Shown: positions 44,506 through 55,377 of the stretch, in pieces | Layout: each line of letters opens with the position of its first letter | How positions within the stretch are numbered: the first letter of the stretch is position 1 | Assembly: GCA_963833985.1 (NCBI GenBank) | Contig: CAWIAD010000002.1 | Location: forward strand, 4,768,001 to 4,832,000 | Direction of reading: 5' to 3' | Length of the DNA stretch: 64,000 nucleotides | Origin: an uncultured Planctomycetaceae bacterium | GTDB lineage: Bacteria; Planctomycetota; Planctomycetia; Isosphaerales; Isosphaeraceae | Notes under the pieces: generated by a model | What the model was told of the DNA's origin: nothing | The model's database searches: none | What the model saw: the letters and a program-made list of their open reading frames with translations, nothing else | Program-made: the position numbers and the translations under genes

Positions 44506-44869
44506 GATTCCCCTAAGTGTGCAGCGCGTGATCCATTCTATGTATGTCTTGCGTGACAGTGCGATTTGGACTGCGCCACGGCAGGCGTCTCATCAAGTGA
44601 TTCATCAAGCACGTACCTTTATGAAAATGTAACATCTCAAGGAACACACGAGCAGAGAGGTCGGGAACTTCTTAAACCTTGCGGCCCCTTGACGGGCCAA
44701 TCTGCCTGTGCGCGCTGGACACGATTCAGCAGCCTGCTCTACGGGGCCGTTTCTCTTGATCAGAGACGAAAGGTTCGAAGGTATGGGTGCTCTATCAGCG
44801 CGATGCCCAGAAAATCCACTTCCAGCATCAACCCATTAAGTGCGGGAGCTACGATGAGGTGGCCTTGGC

Positions 44870-45105
44870 GCGGCGTGCGAGTCGAACGCTTGCCGCCTTA
44901 CGCACCGGACCTGAACCAGTCGAGGGATCGTGGCAGCACCTCAAGCACGTGAAGACGCAACCCGGCGATCCCCGATTTGGAAGCACTTCACCTACAACTT
45001 CACTGGGCCATCGGCGGTTTTAGACATAAACTTCGCTTGATTCAATCGTTCTTCGTTGAAGCCGGGCTCGAGGCGGGGACTTTACTAATCGTTGCACAAG
45101 TAGCT
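44870..45105 (+). mobile_element. IS630-family transposase C-terminal remnant
   Basis: VERLPPYAPDLN / VEGSWQHLKHV / LHLQLHWAIGGFRHKLRLIQSFFVEAGL across shifting frames. Confidence 0.78.
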
Positions 45106-45157
45106 TAGCTTTTGGGGCAGGTGGCCACGAGAAAACAGAGACGCCATGCGGGATGAG

Positions 45158-46141
45158 TCAACTTCTTTGCGCAACACTCAGTAGCTCGTGATTCTCGGTC
45201 CTGCTGGGTCCACCGTTCCGGGTCAAACTACGGACCTCGGCGATCGCCCCCAGCGCGAACGCAGCCCGCGTATAGTCCGGAACCCAATCTGTTTGGGACC
45301 AAAGTCGTTTCCACTGGGCGAGCGACCACGACTCAATGGCCTGTCGAAAAAGCCATCGGGGCACTCCACCCCATGTCTTCCCGACTTGGGGAACTCGGTT
45401 GAGGAAGTCTTGCCGGGCGACTGTCTGGCCAATTCCTCGATACCATTCCCAGAGATATGCGCGGGTCAGTCGCCGTTTTACCACAAAATGCTTGACACAT
45501 GCCTGCGGGACCCACACTCCCCTTATCCCCTTGGCCTGAAGCGTCAAGAACAAAGCTGATTCCTCTCCTCGGATCTGGGATGTCCCGTTTAACCCTAAAA
45601 TAGGATCGAAGGGATGCGTCCTAAGCAATTCGGTTCGAAAGGCCATATTAGCCCCATACGGAAACTCGCCATCCGAGAAAAACCGTTGCGTTGCCCCCAA
45701 GTCCCTTAGTACTAGCATTGTCCTCAAATGGAAGATATTCTCGAGAATCCAGGCTGGAGGCGTCGTTTCAAACCAAGGCTCAATGGGTCCCCCGAAAAAC
45801 CCAGCGTCGGGGCAGTTGGCAAAAGCGTTGTTGTAAGCGGCTATCCATTCGGAGTCGACTAGCACATCGTCGTCCGTCCAGATGAACACCTCGCCCTGAG
45901 CGGCGGCCACGGCTCGATTGCGGCTATGACTCTGGCCTTGCCTGGGCTCAAATAGGCGCCGAATGGGTAGGTCGCGTTGATAGCGCTCGATCACGGGGTC
46001 GGTATCATCAGTGCAATTATTATTGACAATTAGCAGTTCCCAGTCCAAATCCGCAGGGATTCGTAGCCCACGCATTCGACATAGAGTCTGGTCGAGTAAG
46101 TTCGCACGATTCCATGTGCAGATTGCGACCGTAACCAGCAT
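45158..46141 (-). CDS. Glycosyltransferase family 2
   Basis: VAICTWNR, IVNNNCTD, SRNRAV, WTDDDV, GANMAFR and GEES. Confidence 0.92.
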   Translation of the reverse strand: MLVTVAICTWNRANLLDQTLCRMRGLRIPADLDWELLIVNNNCTDDTDPVIERYQRDLPIRRLFEPRQGQSHSRNRAVAAAQGEVFIWTDDDVLVDSEWIAAYNNAFANCPDAGFFGGPIEPWFETTPPAWILENIFHLRTMLVLRDLGATQRFFSDGEFPYGANMAFRTELLRTHPFDPILGLNGTSQIRGEESALFLTLQAKGIRGVWVPQACVKHFVVKRRLTRAYLWEWYRGIGQTVARQDFLNRVPQVGKTWGGVPRWLFRQAIESWSLAQWKRLWSQTDWVPDYTRAAFALGAIAEVRSLTRNGGPSRTENHELLSVAQRS

Positions 46142-46439
46142 GGAAAGCTATCCCTTAGTAAAGAGCCGAACAGATTGTGAACGTAAGGCGCGCATGAACG
46201 CTATGCCGGTCATGCGAAGCAGGCCGCGGAATGATTTGTAATGCTCAAGGACGATGCTCCCGATGATCTCTATCTGCGGATCCAGGCAGTCGTCCTGACC
46301 GGCCAAGCCGCGAGCCTCTCATACGGGAATGCAGACAATACCAAGAGCAAGGCCAACTCATGAGCGACAGACTTCGTAAACACCTTCATTTTCTTGTTAT
46401 TCCGGCGATTGGTATGTGATTTTACACGTTGCGAATGAC

Positions 46440-47309
46440 TTAGGTGTTGATGGAGCGTATGTCTGCATGCGTGCTGGTTTCTTGCGCTGGTGATGTTTGC
46501 TTAACCGCGATGATGGTATGATGCATGGAGTTCTCGATTTGGAACGCATGATGCTCCATGATAGCGTCGAAGCCGCTTCGCTCTCTGCTGTCGCCGTGGA
46601 ACTCGATCGCGATCGTATGGACTTGCGACAACCAGCTCAGATCGCCCCGGAATAGATTGACTTCAGCGCCCTCAATATCGACCTTGAGGATATCGACTAC
46701 CGGGAACCTCGATTGTTCGATCAGCTCGTTCATTGTCACAGCTTCGACCTCTTGCATACCCTCATCGAGCGTTTCTTGAACGAACATCGCGAAGTAACGA
46801 TCCTCACCTTCGGGTGGGGCGGCGACGGCCAGCCGCGATTTGCGATCCCAGACGGCGGCCCGAACGGTCCGGCAGCGTCCCGCTTTCGCCAACTCGGTAA
46901 CGTTTTTTTCGAGCAACTCGTAATTCTCAAGGTGGGGCTCAACCGCCAAGATTCGACAAGACGGGTATCGTGCCGCGAAGAGCCTTGTGGCAAGGCCGAT
47001 ATTCGCTCCCAGGTCAATCACGTATTTACAATTCTGTATTCTGTCAGTAACGGCGTTGTAAACACGCTTGATAACAATTTCCTGGAAGTTCTCAGTGTCG
47101 GATCCTTTCCGCCGGAGCCAAATGTCACCATTGATCGGCTGCCTCATCCGAAGCATAAGCATAGGTCTTGCTCGATTTCGAACTTCTGATGTGGCGACAA
47201 TAAAATTTCGGTAGCGGATCGCAGAGCCCAAGGACATAAGCTTCCAATGGTCGAGCAGGAAACGAAGAGTCCAAGATTTCAGAGGGTTATAGAGCATGAG
47301 GGGTCCCAA
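46440..47309 (-). CDS. FkbM family methyltransferase
   Basis: VIDLGANIG, AVEP, ILKVDIEGAE and IEFH. Confidence 0.92.
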   Translation of the reverse strand: MGPLMLYNPLKSWTLRFLLDHWKLMSLGSAIRYRNFIVATSEVRNRARPMLMLRMRQPINGDIWLRRKGSDTENFQEIVIKRVYNAVTDRIQNCKYVIDLGANIGLATRLFAARYPSCRILAVEPHLENYELLEKNVTELAKAGRCRTVRAAVWDRKSRLAVAAPPEGEDRYFAMFVQETLDEGMQEVEAVTMNELIEQSRFPVVDILKVDIEGAEVNLFRGDLSWLSQVHTIAIEFHGDSRERSGFDAIMEHHAFQIENSMHHTIIAVKQTSPAQETSTHADIRSINT

Positions 47310-47341
47310 TGGGTCGATACAGGCGAGACCAGGTTAGAGCC

Positions 47342-48700
47342 TCAGTAATGTGCCGCCGGAGAACGCCTACAGACGTCGACTTCATGGCTTCCGGGGACAA
47401 ATTCACCATTCACCTGCGACCATTCGTAATTGCAAAGCACAACTCCCTGATGGCGGTCGGTCGAAAAGGACTCGCTTCCACGTCCGTCGATGATTTCGAA
47501 CGTCGATGCATCGTCTATCCAATCGGCGACCTCGCCTGCCTCCAACCATAGCCCTATGGTCATTCGCTGCCCGGGCCGGAGCCGCACCGCCTGAAAATGA
47601 CACTCGTAATCCTGGAAACCCTGATTGAGAAAGAGAGGGTATCCGACCTCGCGGGTCCAGCCGGAATGGATCCTCGCGCCGCTGGACGTTGATACATTCA
47701 CAGCCAAGGCCGCATTGGAGATCTGGGTTTGCGACTGGATTCTGACCCGAACGCGCAGGTCCTCGCCGCTCGGATGATTACCCCTCGGCAACCCGTCCGG
47801 CCCTACCAGCCACACATGCGTGAATCGCGCCCGCCCATCTCCAAAACGAGGTCTTGTGGTGAGATCTTCGCCATTGGAGCAGGCGGCTGTGTCTTCCAGG
47901 TAGCTCCTGACAACCTGCCTAGCCGGACCCGAGACTGCGACGCGACCCCGTTCCAGCAAAATAGCCCGCTCGCAAAGACGCGGGATCAAATCCATGTTGT
48001 GGCTGACGAAAAGTATGGACCGTCCGGAGTGGGCGATCTGGTTCATTCGATCAATGCACCGTTTTTGATACGTGGCGTCGCCGACAGCGAGGACCTCATC
48101 GACTAGGAGGATCTCTGGTTCCAGATGAGCCGCGACGGCGAATGCTAGTCGGACGTACATTCCACTCGAATAACGCTTCACCGGAGTGTCGAGAAACTTC
48201 TCGATTTCCGAGAAAGCCACAATCTCGTCGAACTTCCGGTCGATCTCCCGCCGGCTCATGCCCAGGATGCTGCCGTTCAGGAAGATGTTTTCGCGGCCGG
48301 TCAGTTCTGGGTGGAAGCCCGTCCCAACCTCGAGCAGGCTGCCGATGCGGCCGCGAAGCCGGCACCGGCCCGAGGTCGGTTCGGTGATCCGGCTGAGGAT
48401 TTTGAGGAGCGTCGACTTGCCGGCGCCGTTGCGGCCGATGATTCCCACCACTTCGCCGGGCTGCACCTCGAAGCTCACGTCCTTGAGCGCCCAGAAGCGG
48501 TCTGATCGGCCGTCAGCCCCGTTCACATTGTGGGCGTGGCCGTTCCTTCCCCGCAGCCTACGCTTTATGGGTCGCCAGAGCGCGGCCGCTTGCTCCGATA
48601 ACGCTTCACGCAGTGTCCGGTAGCTCGACGAGGAGCGGGCACCGATCCGGTATTGTTTCGACAGGTTCTCGACTCGAATCGCACAGTCCATCTCGATCAA
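47342..48700 (-). CDS. wzt: Polysaccharide ABC transporter ATP-binding protein with a C-terminal Wzt_C domain
   Basis: GRNGAGKST, EVGTGFHPELTGRENI, YSSGM, LVDEVLAVGD, VSH; C-terminal extension RFGDGRARF. Confidence 0.95.
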   Translation of the reverse strand: MIEMDCAIRVENLSKQYRIGARSSSSYRTLREALSEQAAALWRPIKRRLRGRNGHAHNVNGADGRSDRFWALKDVSFEVQPGEVVGIIGRNGAGKSTLLKILSRITEPTSGRCRLRGRIGSLLEVGTGFHPELTGRENIFLNGSILGMSRREIDRKFDEIVAFSEIEKFLDTPVKRYSSGMYVRLAFAVAAHLEPEILLVDEVLAVGDATYQKRCIDRMNQIAHSGRSILFVSHNMDLIPRLCERAILLERGRVAVSGPARQVVRSYLEDTAACSNGEDLTTRPRFGDGRARFTHVWLVGPDGLPRGNHPSGEDLRVRVRIQSQTQISNAALAVNVSTSSGARIHSGWTREVGYPLFLNQGFQDYECHFQAVRLRPGQRMTIGLWLEAGEVADWIDDASTFEIIDGRGSESFSTDRHQGVVLCNYEWSQVNGEFVPGSHEVDVCRRSPAAHY

Positions 48701-48714
48701 TCAACCTCTGTTAA

Positions 48715-49635
48715 TCAGATGATATCCGCGAACCGGTTCTCGACTCGGCGGAAGTAAACGCAGCCGATGAGCAAGACCACCAGCCCGACGGCCGACGAGA
48801 CGGACAGAGCGTACACGTCAAACGGCTCGCCCAGCATGGCCGCGCGGAAGTTGCTGATCAGGCCGTAGGCCGGGTTCAGCGGCAAGAGCAGCCGGGCCCG
48901 CGGCCCGATGCCGCCTTCCTGCTGCATGTAGATGCACGGCGTGGCGAACATCCAGAACTGGACCAGAAACGGCACCACGTGGCGGAAATCGCGATAGGCC
49001 ACCGTGAGCGCCGAGAGCAGCACACCCACGCCCAGCGCGGCGACGACCAGGCCCAGCACGATGGCGGGCGCGATCAGGATGCTCGGTCCCCAGCCCAGGC
49101 CGAAATAGACCATCATCACCAGCAGCATGGCCGAGGCAATGGCGAAATCCACCAGTCCGGCGGCCACCGACCCCATGGGGATCATGAGCCGCGGAAAGTA
49201 GACCTTGGTCACCAGGTTCTGGCTGCCCACCACGCTCTGCCCCGCCTGCGCGATCGCGTTGGAGAAGAACATCCAGGGGACCAGCCCGGCCAGCACGAAC
49301 AGGGAGTAAGGCACAGGACTCGACTCGCTGCCTGCCGCCTTCCGAAAAAAGAGGCTGAAGACGAGCATCGTCGCCAGCGGCTGCAAGAGCGCCCAGGCCG
49401 CGCCCAGCACCGTCTGCTTGTAGCGCACCTTGACGTCGCGCCAGGTCAGAAAGAATAAAAGCTCGCGATAGCGCCAGAGCTCCCCCAGATCCACGAAATG
49501 CCAGCCCCGGCGCCGCTCAATCACCGTCACGATCGAAGCCGGCGGCGGCACTGACTCGATGTTGGCGGCGGAGCTCATCGGGGCGTCCGCTTCCGTCGGG
49601 ACGGCTTCTTCGGACGGGGCATTCGCGACAATCAT
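48715..49635 (-). CDS. wzm: Polysaccharide ABC transporter permease
   Basis: ELWRYRELL, RDVKVRYKQTVLG, LVTKVYFPR, YRDFRH and LNP; start at 49635 or 49578. Confidence 0.95.
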   Translation of the reverse strand: MIVANAPSEEAVPTEADAPMSSAANIESVPPPASIVTVIERRRGWHFVDLGELWRYRELLFFLTWRDVKVRYKQTVLGAAWALLQPLATMLVFSLFFRKAAGSESSPVPYSLFVLAGLVPWMFFSNAIAQAGQSVVGSQNLVTKVYFPRLMIPMGSVAAGLVDFAIASAMLLVMMVYFGLGWGPSILIAPAIVLGLVVAALGVGVLLSALTVAYRDFRHVVPFLVQFWMFATPCIYMQQEGGIGPRARLLLPLNPAYGLISNFRAAMLGEPFDVYALSVSSAVGLVVLLIGCVYFRRVENRFADII

Positions 49636-49799
49636 GGGGCCCAGGGGTTTGAGTTTCGAGCCGAAACACTCACTACCGAACCACGGCGGTGAGCTCTTGC
49701 CCCGAAAGACAGCGAAAGATCTCAGCGTACTATTGAAGGCCGACCAAGGTTGCAAATCCATCCGCGCGAACCTGCTAACCCCTGGGCATTGACCATGAC

Positions 49800-51692
49800 T
49801 CACAGGGTGACGCGATGGCGGGAGCACCAGCTCAACAGAACGTAGAGGGCGAACGGGTGCTGCATGTTGATCCGGCGCGACCCTTTGAGGAATCTTGACC
49901 ACGTCGCGCGTACTCGATCGGGACGAAGCCCGATCGCCGATGCCAGGTCGGGATTGTCGAGCACGCGATCGAGCCGCGGTTTGAGGGCGCCCCGCATCCA
50001 GACCTCATAAGGGATGACGAAACCTTGCTTGCGACGATGGACGACCTCCGGCGGCAAAGCATCGCCCATGCCCTCGACCAGCATGCGTTTCGGCACCGAG
50101 CGCGACATCTTGACCCGAGCCGGCAACGGGGCAACGAACTCGATGAGCCGGTGGTCCAGAAGCGGCAGGCGGACCTCCAGACCGTGGGCCATGCTGCACA
50201 CGTCGGTGTCGCGGAGCAGGGAATTGCGGAGGTAGAAGTTTAATTCAAGCTGAGAAACCTGGTTGAGCAGGTCGCCGGCCAGCTCATCGGGCGGAACGGC
50301 CGACGCGATGAAACTGGCGGCCGGCACCATCTCGGCCGGACGGTCGAGCAGCTCCACCCGCAGGTCATCCCAGAAGACCGCTCGCGCCAGGGAATACGTC
50401 TCGTACATGCTCATCCGGCTCATCAGCAAGCACGCCGCTTTCTGAGTCGAGACCCGCGTCGGCGCCAGCGAACGGATCGCGCGACTGACCAGGTGCCGCA
50501 TGGGCCGGGGCACCGCGCCGAATCCCAGCACTTTCGGGATCAAGCGGAAATTGTCGTAGCCCCCGAAGAGCTCGTCGCCGCCGTGCCCGCAGAGCGCCAC
50601 GGTCAGGCCCGACTGCCTGGCCAGCTCGCAGACGGCGTAGGTGTTGATGCCGTCGATGCTGGGCTGATCGCCGGCCTCGAGAGCGTCGTCGAACCGAGCC
50701 AGGAGATGATCCGGGCTGACCGGCTGGGTGACGTGACGTGTCTGGTACCGCGCAGCCAGTCGTTCGGCAAAAGGTCCTTCTCCATACCCTTTCTCGGTGA
50801 AATGCAGGGTCAGGGTCCGGACGTCATGATGGTCATGCTGAGCGATGGCGGCCACGATCGCGCTGGAGTCGATTCCGCCCGAAAGGAAAACGCCCAGCGG
50901 GACATCGCTGAGCAAGCGGCACTCGACGGCTTCGTCGAAGGTTTTCCGGAACACTGTGGTGAGCTCTCGCGGGGATTGCTTTCCGCCCCCAACCCCAGCG
51001 GAGGCGTACTCATATGGAGACGACCAGTACCGGCGGATCTCCCGGATCCCATCCCGCGCCGAAAACCGCATCCAGTGGCCGGCCGGCAGCAGCCGGACAT
51101 CACGCAAGATGGTCAGCGGCTCGGGGACGGTGCCGTAGGCCAGGTAACCATCCAACGCCTGTCGATCCAGCTTGCGGGGGACCAACCCCGTCGCGAGCAG
51201 GGCACGAAGCTCGCTCGCGAACAGGAACCGGGAACCGACCTGGGCGTAGTACAGAGGCTTGATGCCGAGCCGGTCTCGGCACAAGAAAAGCTCCTGCTCG
51301 TGCGGATCCCAGAGCACGAACGCGAACATCCCGCGGAATCGCTCGACGCAACCCCGGCCCCACTGCCGGTATGCCGCAAGGAGGGTCTCGGTATCGCACG
51401 TCGACCGATATTCTCCGCCCAGCTCTTTCCTCAGCTCGAGATGGTTGTAGATTTCCCCGTTGTAAACCACCCAGCTTTCGCTTTGGGAATCGCGCATGGG
51501 CTGATGCCCAGCCTGGCTGAGATCGAGGATCGCCAGCCGCGAATGCCCCAGGCACAATTCAATTCCTGGTGACTCGGTGGACAACGTCTCGATTCCGGCA
51601 TCGTCAGGTCCTCGGTGGCGCTGGGCCTCGACCATTGAACGGACCCAGTCCACGCAAAGCTCGGAACCCAGGATTCCAGCAACTCCACACAT
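49800..51692 (-). CDS. asnB: Asparagine synthase (glutamine-hydrolysing)-like amidotransferase
   Basis: MCG start, HRGPD, RLAILDL, NGEIYN, RDRLGIKPLYY, LSGGIDSS, GGDELFGGY and EVRLPLLD. Confidence 0.95.
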   Translation of the reverse strand: MCGVAGILGSELCVDWVRSMVEAQRHRGPDDAGIETLSTESPGIELCLGHSRLAILDLSQAGHQPMRDSQSESWVVYNGEIYNHLELRKELGGEYRSTCDTETLLAAYRQWGRGCVERFRGMFAFVLWDPHEQELFLCRDRLGIKPLYYAQVGSRFLFASELRALLATGLVPRKLDRQALDGYLAYGTVPEPLTILRDVRLLPAGHWMRFSARDGIREIRRYWSSPYEYASAGVGGGKQSPRELTTVFRKTFDEAVECRLLSDVPLGVFLSGGIDSSAIVAAIAQHDHHDVRTLTLHFTEKGYGEGPFAERLAARYQTRHVTQPVSPDHLLARFDDALEAGDQPSIDGINTYAVCELARQSGLTVALCGHGGDELFGGYDNFRLIPKVLGFGAVPRPMRHLVSRAIRSLAPTRVSTQKAACLLMSRMSMYETYSLARAVFWDDLRVELLDRPAEMVPAASFIASAVPPDELAGDLLNQVSQLELNFYLRNSLLRDTDVCSMAHGLEVRLPLLDHRLIEFVAPLPARVKMSRSVPKRMLVEGMGDALPPEVVHRRKQGFVIPYEVWMRGALKPRLDRVLDNPDLASAIGLRPDRVRATWSRFLKGSRRINMQHPFALYVLLSWCSRHRVTL

Positions 51693-51704
51693 GACCACGA
51701 ACCT

Positions 51705-52805
51705 CTAACCAACCAACTGGTGACTTCGCTGATGCTCACTCCGGACGATTTCCCGGCTGCGGTCGGCACGGGTTCTCTTGAACAATCGCCTGAGGATTTC
51801 GACGAAACCGTAGATTTCGGCCTCGAATTCAATTTGCGAAAGGGTATCCGCGTCCAGAAATCGTTTCAGAGCCAGGAGTGGCGTTGCGGAATCGTTCAGA
51901 CCGGGGTCGCAGGTCACGGCACTGCAAACCTTCGCGGCGGTCAGCCACGGCCACTGTGCCCTGGACCATAGCCCGCTCGGGTAGCAAAAATGGTTGGGGG
52001 AAACGCCAAGCACGATCTTGAGGAAGGTACGATTGTCTTCGATCTCACGATGGACCACGCATTCCTCGACCGGAAAGCGATGGCGATGCGTGTGCAACTG
52101 AATGCTCACGCCGGACTCCGCCGTCTCCCGGAGCTCATCCGTCGTCATCAGGCTCAAAGACCGGCTCCGGAGCACTCCATGATAGCTCACATCCAGACGG
52201 GCCGCAAGCTCCCTGGAGAGCCGTACGCGTTGATTTTCTGTGAGATGTTCTTCTCCGTACTCAATAATCTGCCAGACCAGCTTGTTCTTGTCGTCCTCGC
52301 TCTGGGAGAAGTCGACGGTTCCATCCCGGTCGAGGTCAAGGCCGCTGAGGTCGAGAGTGGTTCGGCCCGTCTTCCAGAACAAGTACTGGATCACGAGCCG
52401 GAAGATCGGGTTTCTTTGCGCAACGTAGTACGTTGTCACGTAGATCGTGGCCGGGATCTCGAACTGCCGGAGGATCGGCAGTCCAAGCGAATAGTTGCTG
52501 TAGAACCCGTCGTCAAACGTAACGACGATGGCGCTCCTGGGCAAGTCTCCCCGCGCGAGGCCGGCGAGCGCGGCATCCAGGCTGATCACGGTGAAGCGGT
52601 GGTCGCGGAGTGTTTTCAGCCGTTTCGCCAGGATCTCGGGACGCATGAAGAGTCCTGGGCGAAAACGATGTTCGTCACCCAGGGAGAGACCGTGGTAACA
52701 AAGGATCCGCAATTCTTTGGCGGTGCAGCGCCGCGCCAGGCCGAAGAGGCCAAAAAATTTTGCGACGTATAGGACGGCAAGCTTAAAAATCTTGTACATC
52801 AACAT
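51705..52805 (-). CDS. Polysaccharide deacetylase family protein
   Basis: ILCYHG, VTFDDGF, LHTHRH and FCYPSG. Confidence 0.9.
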   Translation of the reverse strand: MLMYKIFKLAVLYVAKFFGLFGLARRCTAKELRILCYHGLSLGDEHRFRPGLFMRPEILAKRLKTLRDHRFTVISLDAALAGLARGDLPRSAIVVTFDDGFYSNYSLGLPILRQFEIPATIYVTTYYVAQRNPIFRLVIQYLFWKTGRTTLDLSGLDLDRDGTVDFSQSEDDKNKLVWQIIEYGEEHLTENQRVRLSRELAARLDVSYHGVLRSRSLSLMTTDELRETAESGVSIQLHTHRHRFPVEECVVHREIEDNRTFLKIVLGVSPNHFCYPSGLWSRAQWPWLTAAKVCSAVTCDPGLNDSATPLLALKRFLDADTLSQIEFEAEIYGFVEILRRLFKRTRADRSREIVRSEHQRSHQLVG

Positions 52806-52808
52806 GAC

Positions 52809-54025
52809 TCATGATCGGCTGAACTCGGCCTGACGAACTCCAGGATGGCGCCCGGTCGACTCAATCTGTTGCCGGAAGAACCGGACCGTCCGCCGAGCCA
52901 CTTCGTCCCAGGAATAGTCGGCCGCATAACCCGCGATCGACTCGCGATCCCACGTCCCGCGCAGGGCCACTTCCAGCGCCTCGCAAAGCGCCTCGGACCA
53001 GCCAGTGGGCACAATGAATCCCCGGTGCGGAGGTGCGACGAGGACCGCGTTATCTCCCGCGGGCGTCGTGACCACGGGCAAGCCGCACGCCATCGCCTCC
53101 AGAATCGCGTTGCAACACCCTTCATCATCGGTCGAGAGTGCGAAGACATCCGCGGCCTGCAGCCATAGCGCAACGGTTTGTGGAGGGAGGGCCCCCGTGA
53201 GTCGAACCGATTCCTGCATTTGCCGCTGTTCGATCCTGCGCCGGAGAAGCTCGGGGTAGGCCGGCTCGTGCGCACCACCCCCGATGATCACCAGTCGAAG
53301 GCGATCGTATTTCGTTCGCAATCGGGCCACCGCATCGACCATATGGTGGTGTCCCTTACCGGCAACGAGCATGCCGACGCTCACGACCAGTTGATCCTCT
53401 TCTCTGACTTCGAGGATTCGACGGGCCTGGTCCCGGTCGCCGAGCCGGAACGTTCGACGATCGACGGCGTTGGGGATGACCTCGATCTTCCCGGCGCGAT
53501 CCCCTGCTCGACGGCAAGCGCTTTGAGAGATTCGGCAACTGTGATGATGCCAGTGCATCGACCTAGGGCCCAGAGCAACTGCTTGCCGCGCCAGCGGTGG
53601 CCTAGGATCGGTCTCTCGAGGCCCCTCATCGTGATAAAGACCGGGCGATCCTGGGCCAGAGCCGCCCGGACGCAGCCTGCGCCCTCAGGATAACCGAAGT
53701 GGGCGTCGATCGCGTCGATGGGATGAGCCTTCTCCAACTCGCTTATTGCGGCCAGAACGGAACGCTTCACCCAGTGGCTGTCCATGCCCTTCAGTATACC
53801 CGGCAGGTAGAACATCCGGCGATGCAAGACGCGCAGGCCATCCTGGTGGTGCATGATCGAAAGGCGGTCCCCGGGCCAGGCTCGCACTATGGGAAACCAG
53901 GGGACAGGATTGATGACCGACACGTCCGCCAGACGGGCCAGGGCCGCAATCCGCCGCTGGATGAACAGCCCCCGGTAAGGATTCCAGGGCGAAGGGTAAT
54001 CGATGCTGACGCTGGCGATCCGCAT
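52809..54025 (-). CDS. Glycosyltransferase family 4 (frameshift near 53491)
   Basis: N-terminal half IDAHFGYPEG; C-terminal half VIPNAVD, KGHH and EGCCNAILEAMACGLPVV in the adjacent frame. Confidence 0.88.
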
Positions 54026-54141
54026 TGGACCCTCATGACCGCTGCCGTAGTCGCGTATGGCTGCCTCGTAACGGGCCGCAGAATCGAGCTGAGATACCGG
54101 CGGAGATCCCCTCGATAATGAGCGATGTCCCTCTAGAACGG

Positions 54142-55377
54142 CTACGGGGTGATCGCCGCCGAGGATCGAGCTCGCCCCTGGCGGCGATCTTTTCTGGACA
54201 AGCCGACCGCCATTCTCTGGTACAGATCGATATAGAGCTCCGCCGACCTGGCCGCGTCGTGATTCCGTTCGACGAAGCGGCGCCCAACAGCGCCCATTGA
54301 AACGCGAAGCCCAGGGTGGTCGAGAAGCCGGACCAGGGCGACTGCCAGGGCCGCGGCATCCTGAGGGGGCGTGAGTATCCCGGTCATCTCATCCTCGACC
54401 AGCTCGCCGTTACCGCCGACCCGCGTGGCGACCACGGGCAGTGCGCAAGCCATCGCCTCCAGGATGGCGAAGCTCAGGCCCTCGGAGATGGAACTCAGGA
54501 CAAAGACATCGCAGGCGGGCAGCAAGTTCTCGAGGTCGCGACGCTGGCCCAGGAAACGAACCGCCCGCGTGATCCCGAGCTCCTCGGCCAGTCTTTGGAG
54601 CTCGTCCCGGCACTCGCCCTCGCCGACGATGAGCAGGAGGGATCCCAGGCTGGAATCTTGAGCTCTTGACTCCATGACCTGTCGCCATGCACGCAGCAGG
54701 GTTTTCTGGTCCTTGACAGGGCGCAGGCCGGCGACATGAACCACGAGAAGTACGTCCGGACCGATGGCCAGCTCGTCGCGGAGGGCCGAACGCCGCGGGT
54801 CTGCGGGAGCTCGAGGACGGAAACGGTCGAGGTCGATCCCGTTGGGGATCACCTCCACGGACTCTTCGGGAATCCCGCTCAGCTCGCAGACCATCCGCCG
54901 GCTGGCCGCGCCAACGGCGGTGACCCGGCTGCCCATGCGGGCGGCCAGCCTGCATTTCAGGCGGTCGCCTCCCGCGAGCTCGTGGACCGGCCGTTCGACG
55001 CCGTGGAAGGTTTGCAAACAGGGACGGCCGGTGATCCGGGCGGCCAGACTGGTATCGAGCCAGGCGAATTGATTATTGCAGTGCAGTACGTCGAGTTGCT
55101 GCCGGCGGGCGAGCAGCCCCAGGCGGGCGCAAAAGCCGACGAGCTTGCTTGGACCCGGCTTGATCACAAAGGCAGGTATCTCGGGGGGCAACAGAGCGAG
55201 CAGACGGAGGTCATCCGAAAGGCTGATGATCGTATGATCGACCAGATCCAGCGTGGTGCGGACAAGCGTGAACACGCCGGTGGCAATACCCCCCGCCCCG
55301 AAGCAATCAACGATATGGCCGATGCGCGGTTTGCAGTGTGCTTGTATTACGGGTGTCTGGGACCTGCGTGAGCCCAC
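54142..55377 (-). CDS. Glycosyltransferase family 4
   Basis: VIPNGID, RPVKDQ and EGLSFAILEAMACALPVVATRVGG. Confidence 0.92.
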   Translation of the reverse strand: MGSRRSQTPVIQAHCKPRIGHIVDCFGAGGIATGVFTLVRTTLDLVDHTIISLSDDLRLLALLPPEIPAFVIKPGPSKLVGFCARLGLLARRQQLDVLHCNNQFAWLDTSLAARITGRPCLQTFHGVERPVHELAGGDRLKCRLAARMGSRVTAVGAASRRMVCELSGIPEESVEVIPNGIDLDRFRPRAPADPRRSALRDELAIGPDVLLVVHVAGLRPVKDQKTLLRAWRQVMESRAQDSSLGSLLLIVGEGECRDELQRLAEELGITRAVRFLGQRRDLENLLPACDVFVLSSISEGLSFAILEAMACALPVVATRVGGNGELVEDEMTGILTPPQDAAALAVALVRLLDHPGLRVSMGAVGRRFVERNHDAARSAELYIDLYQRMAVGLSRKDRRQGRARSSAAITP

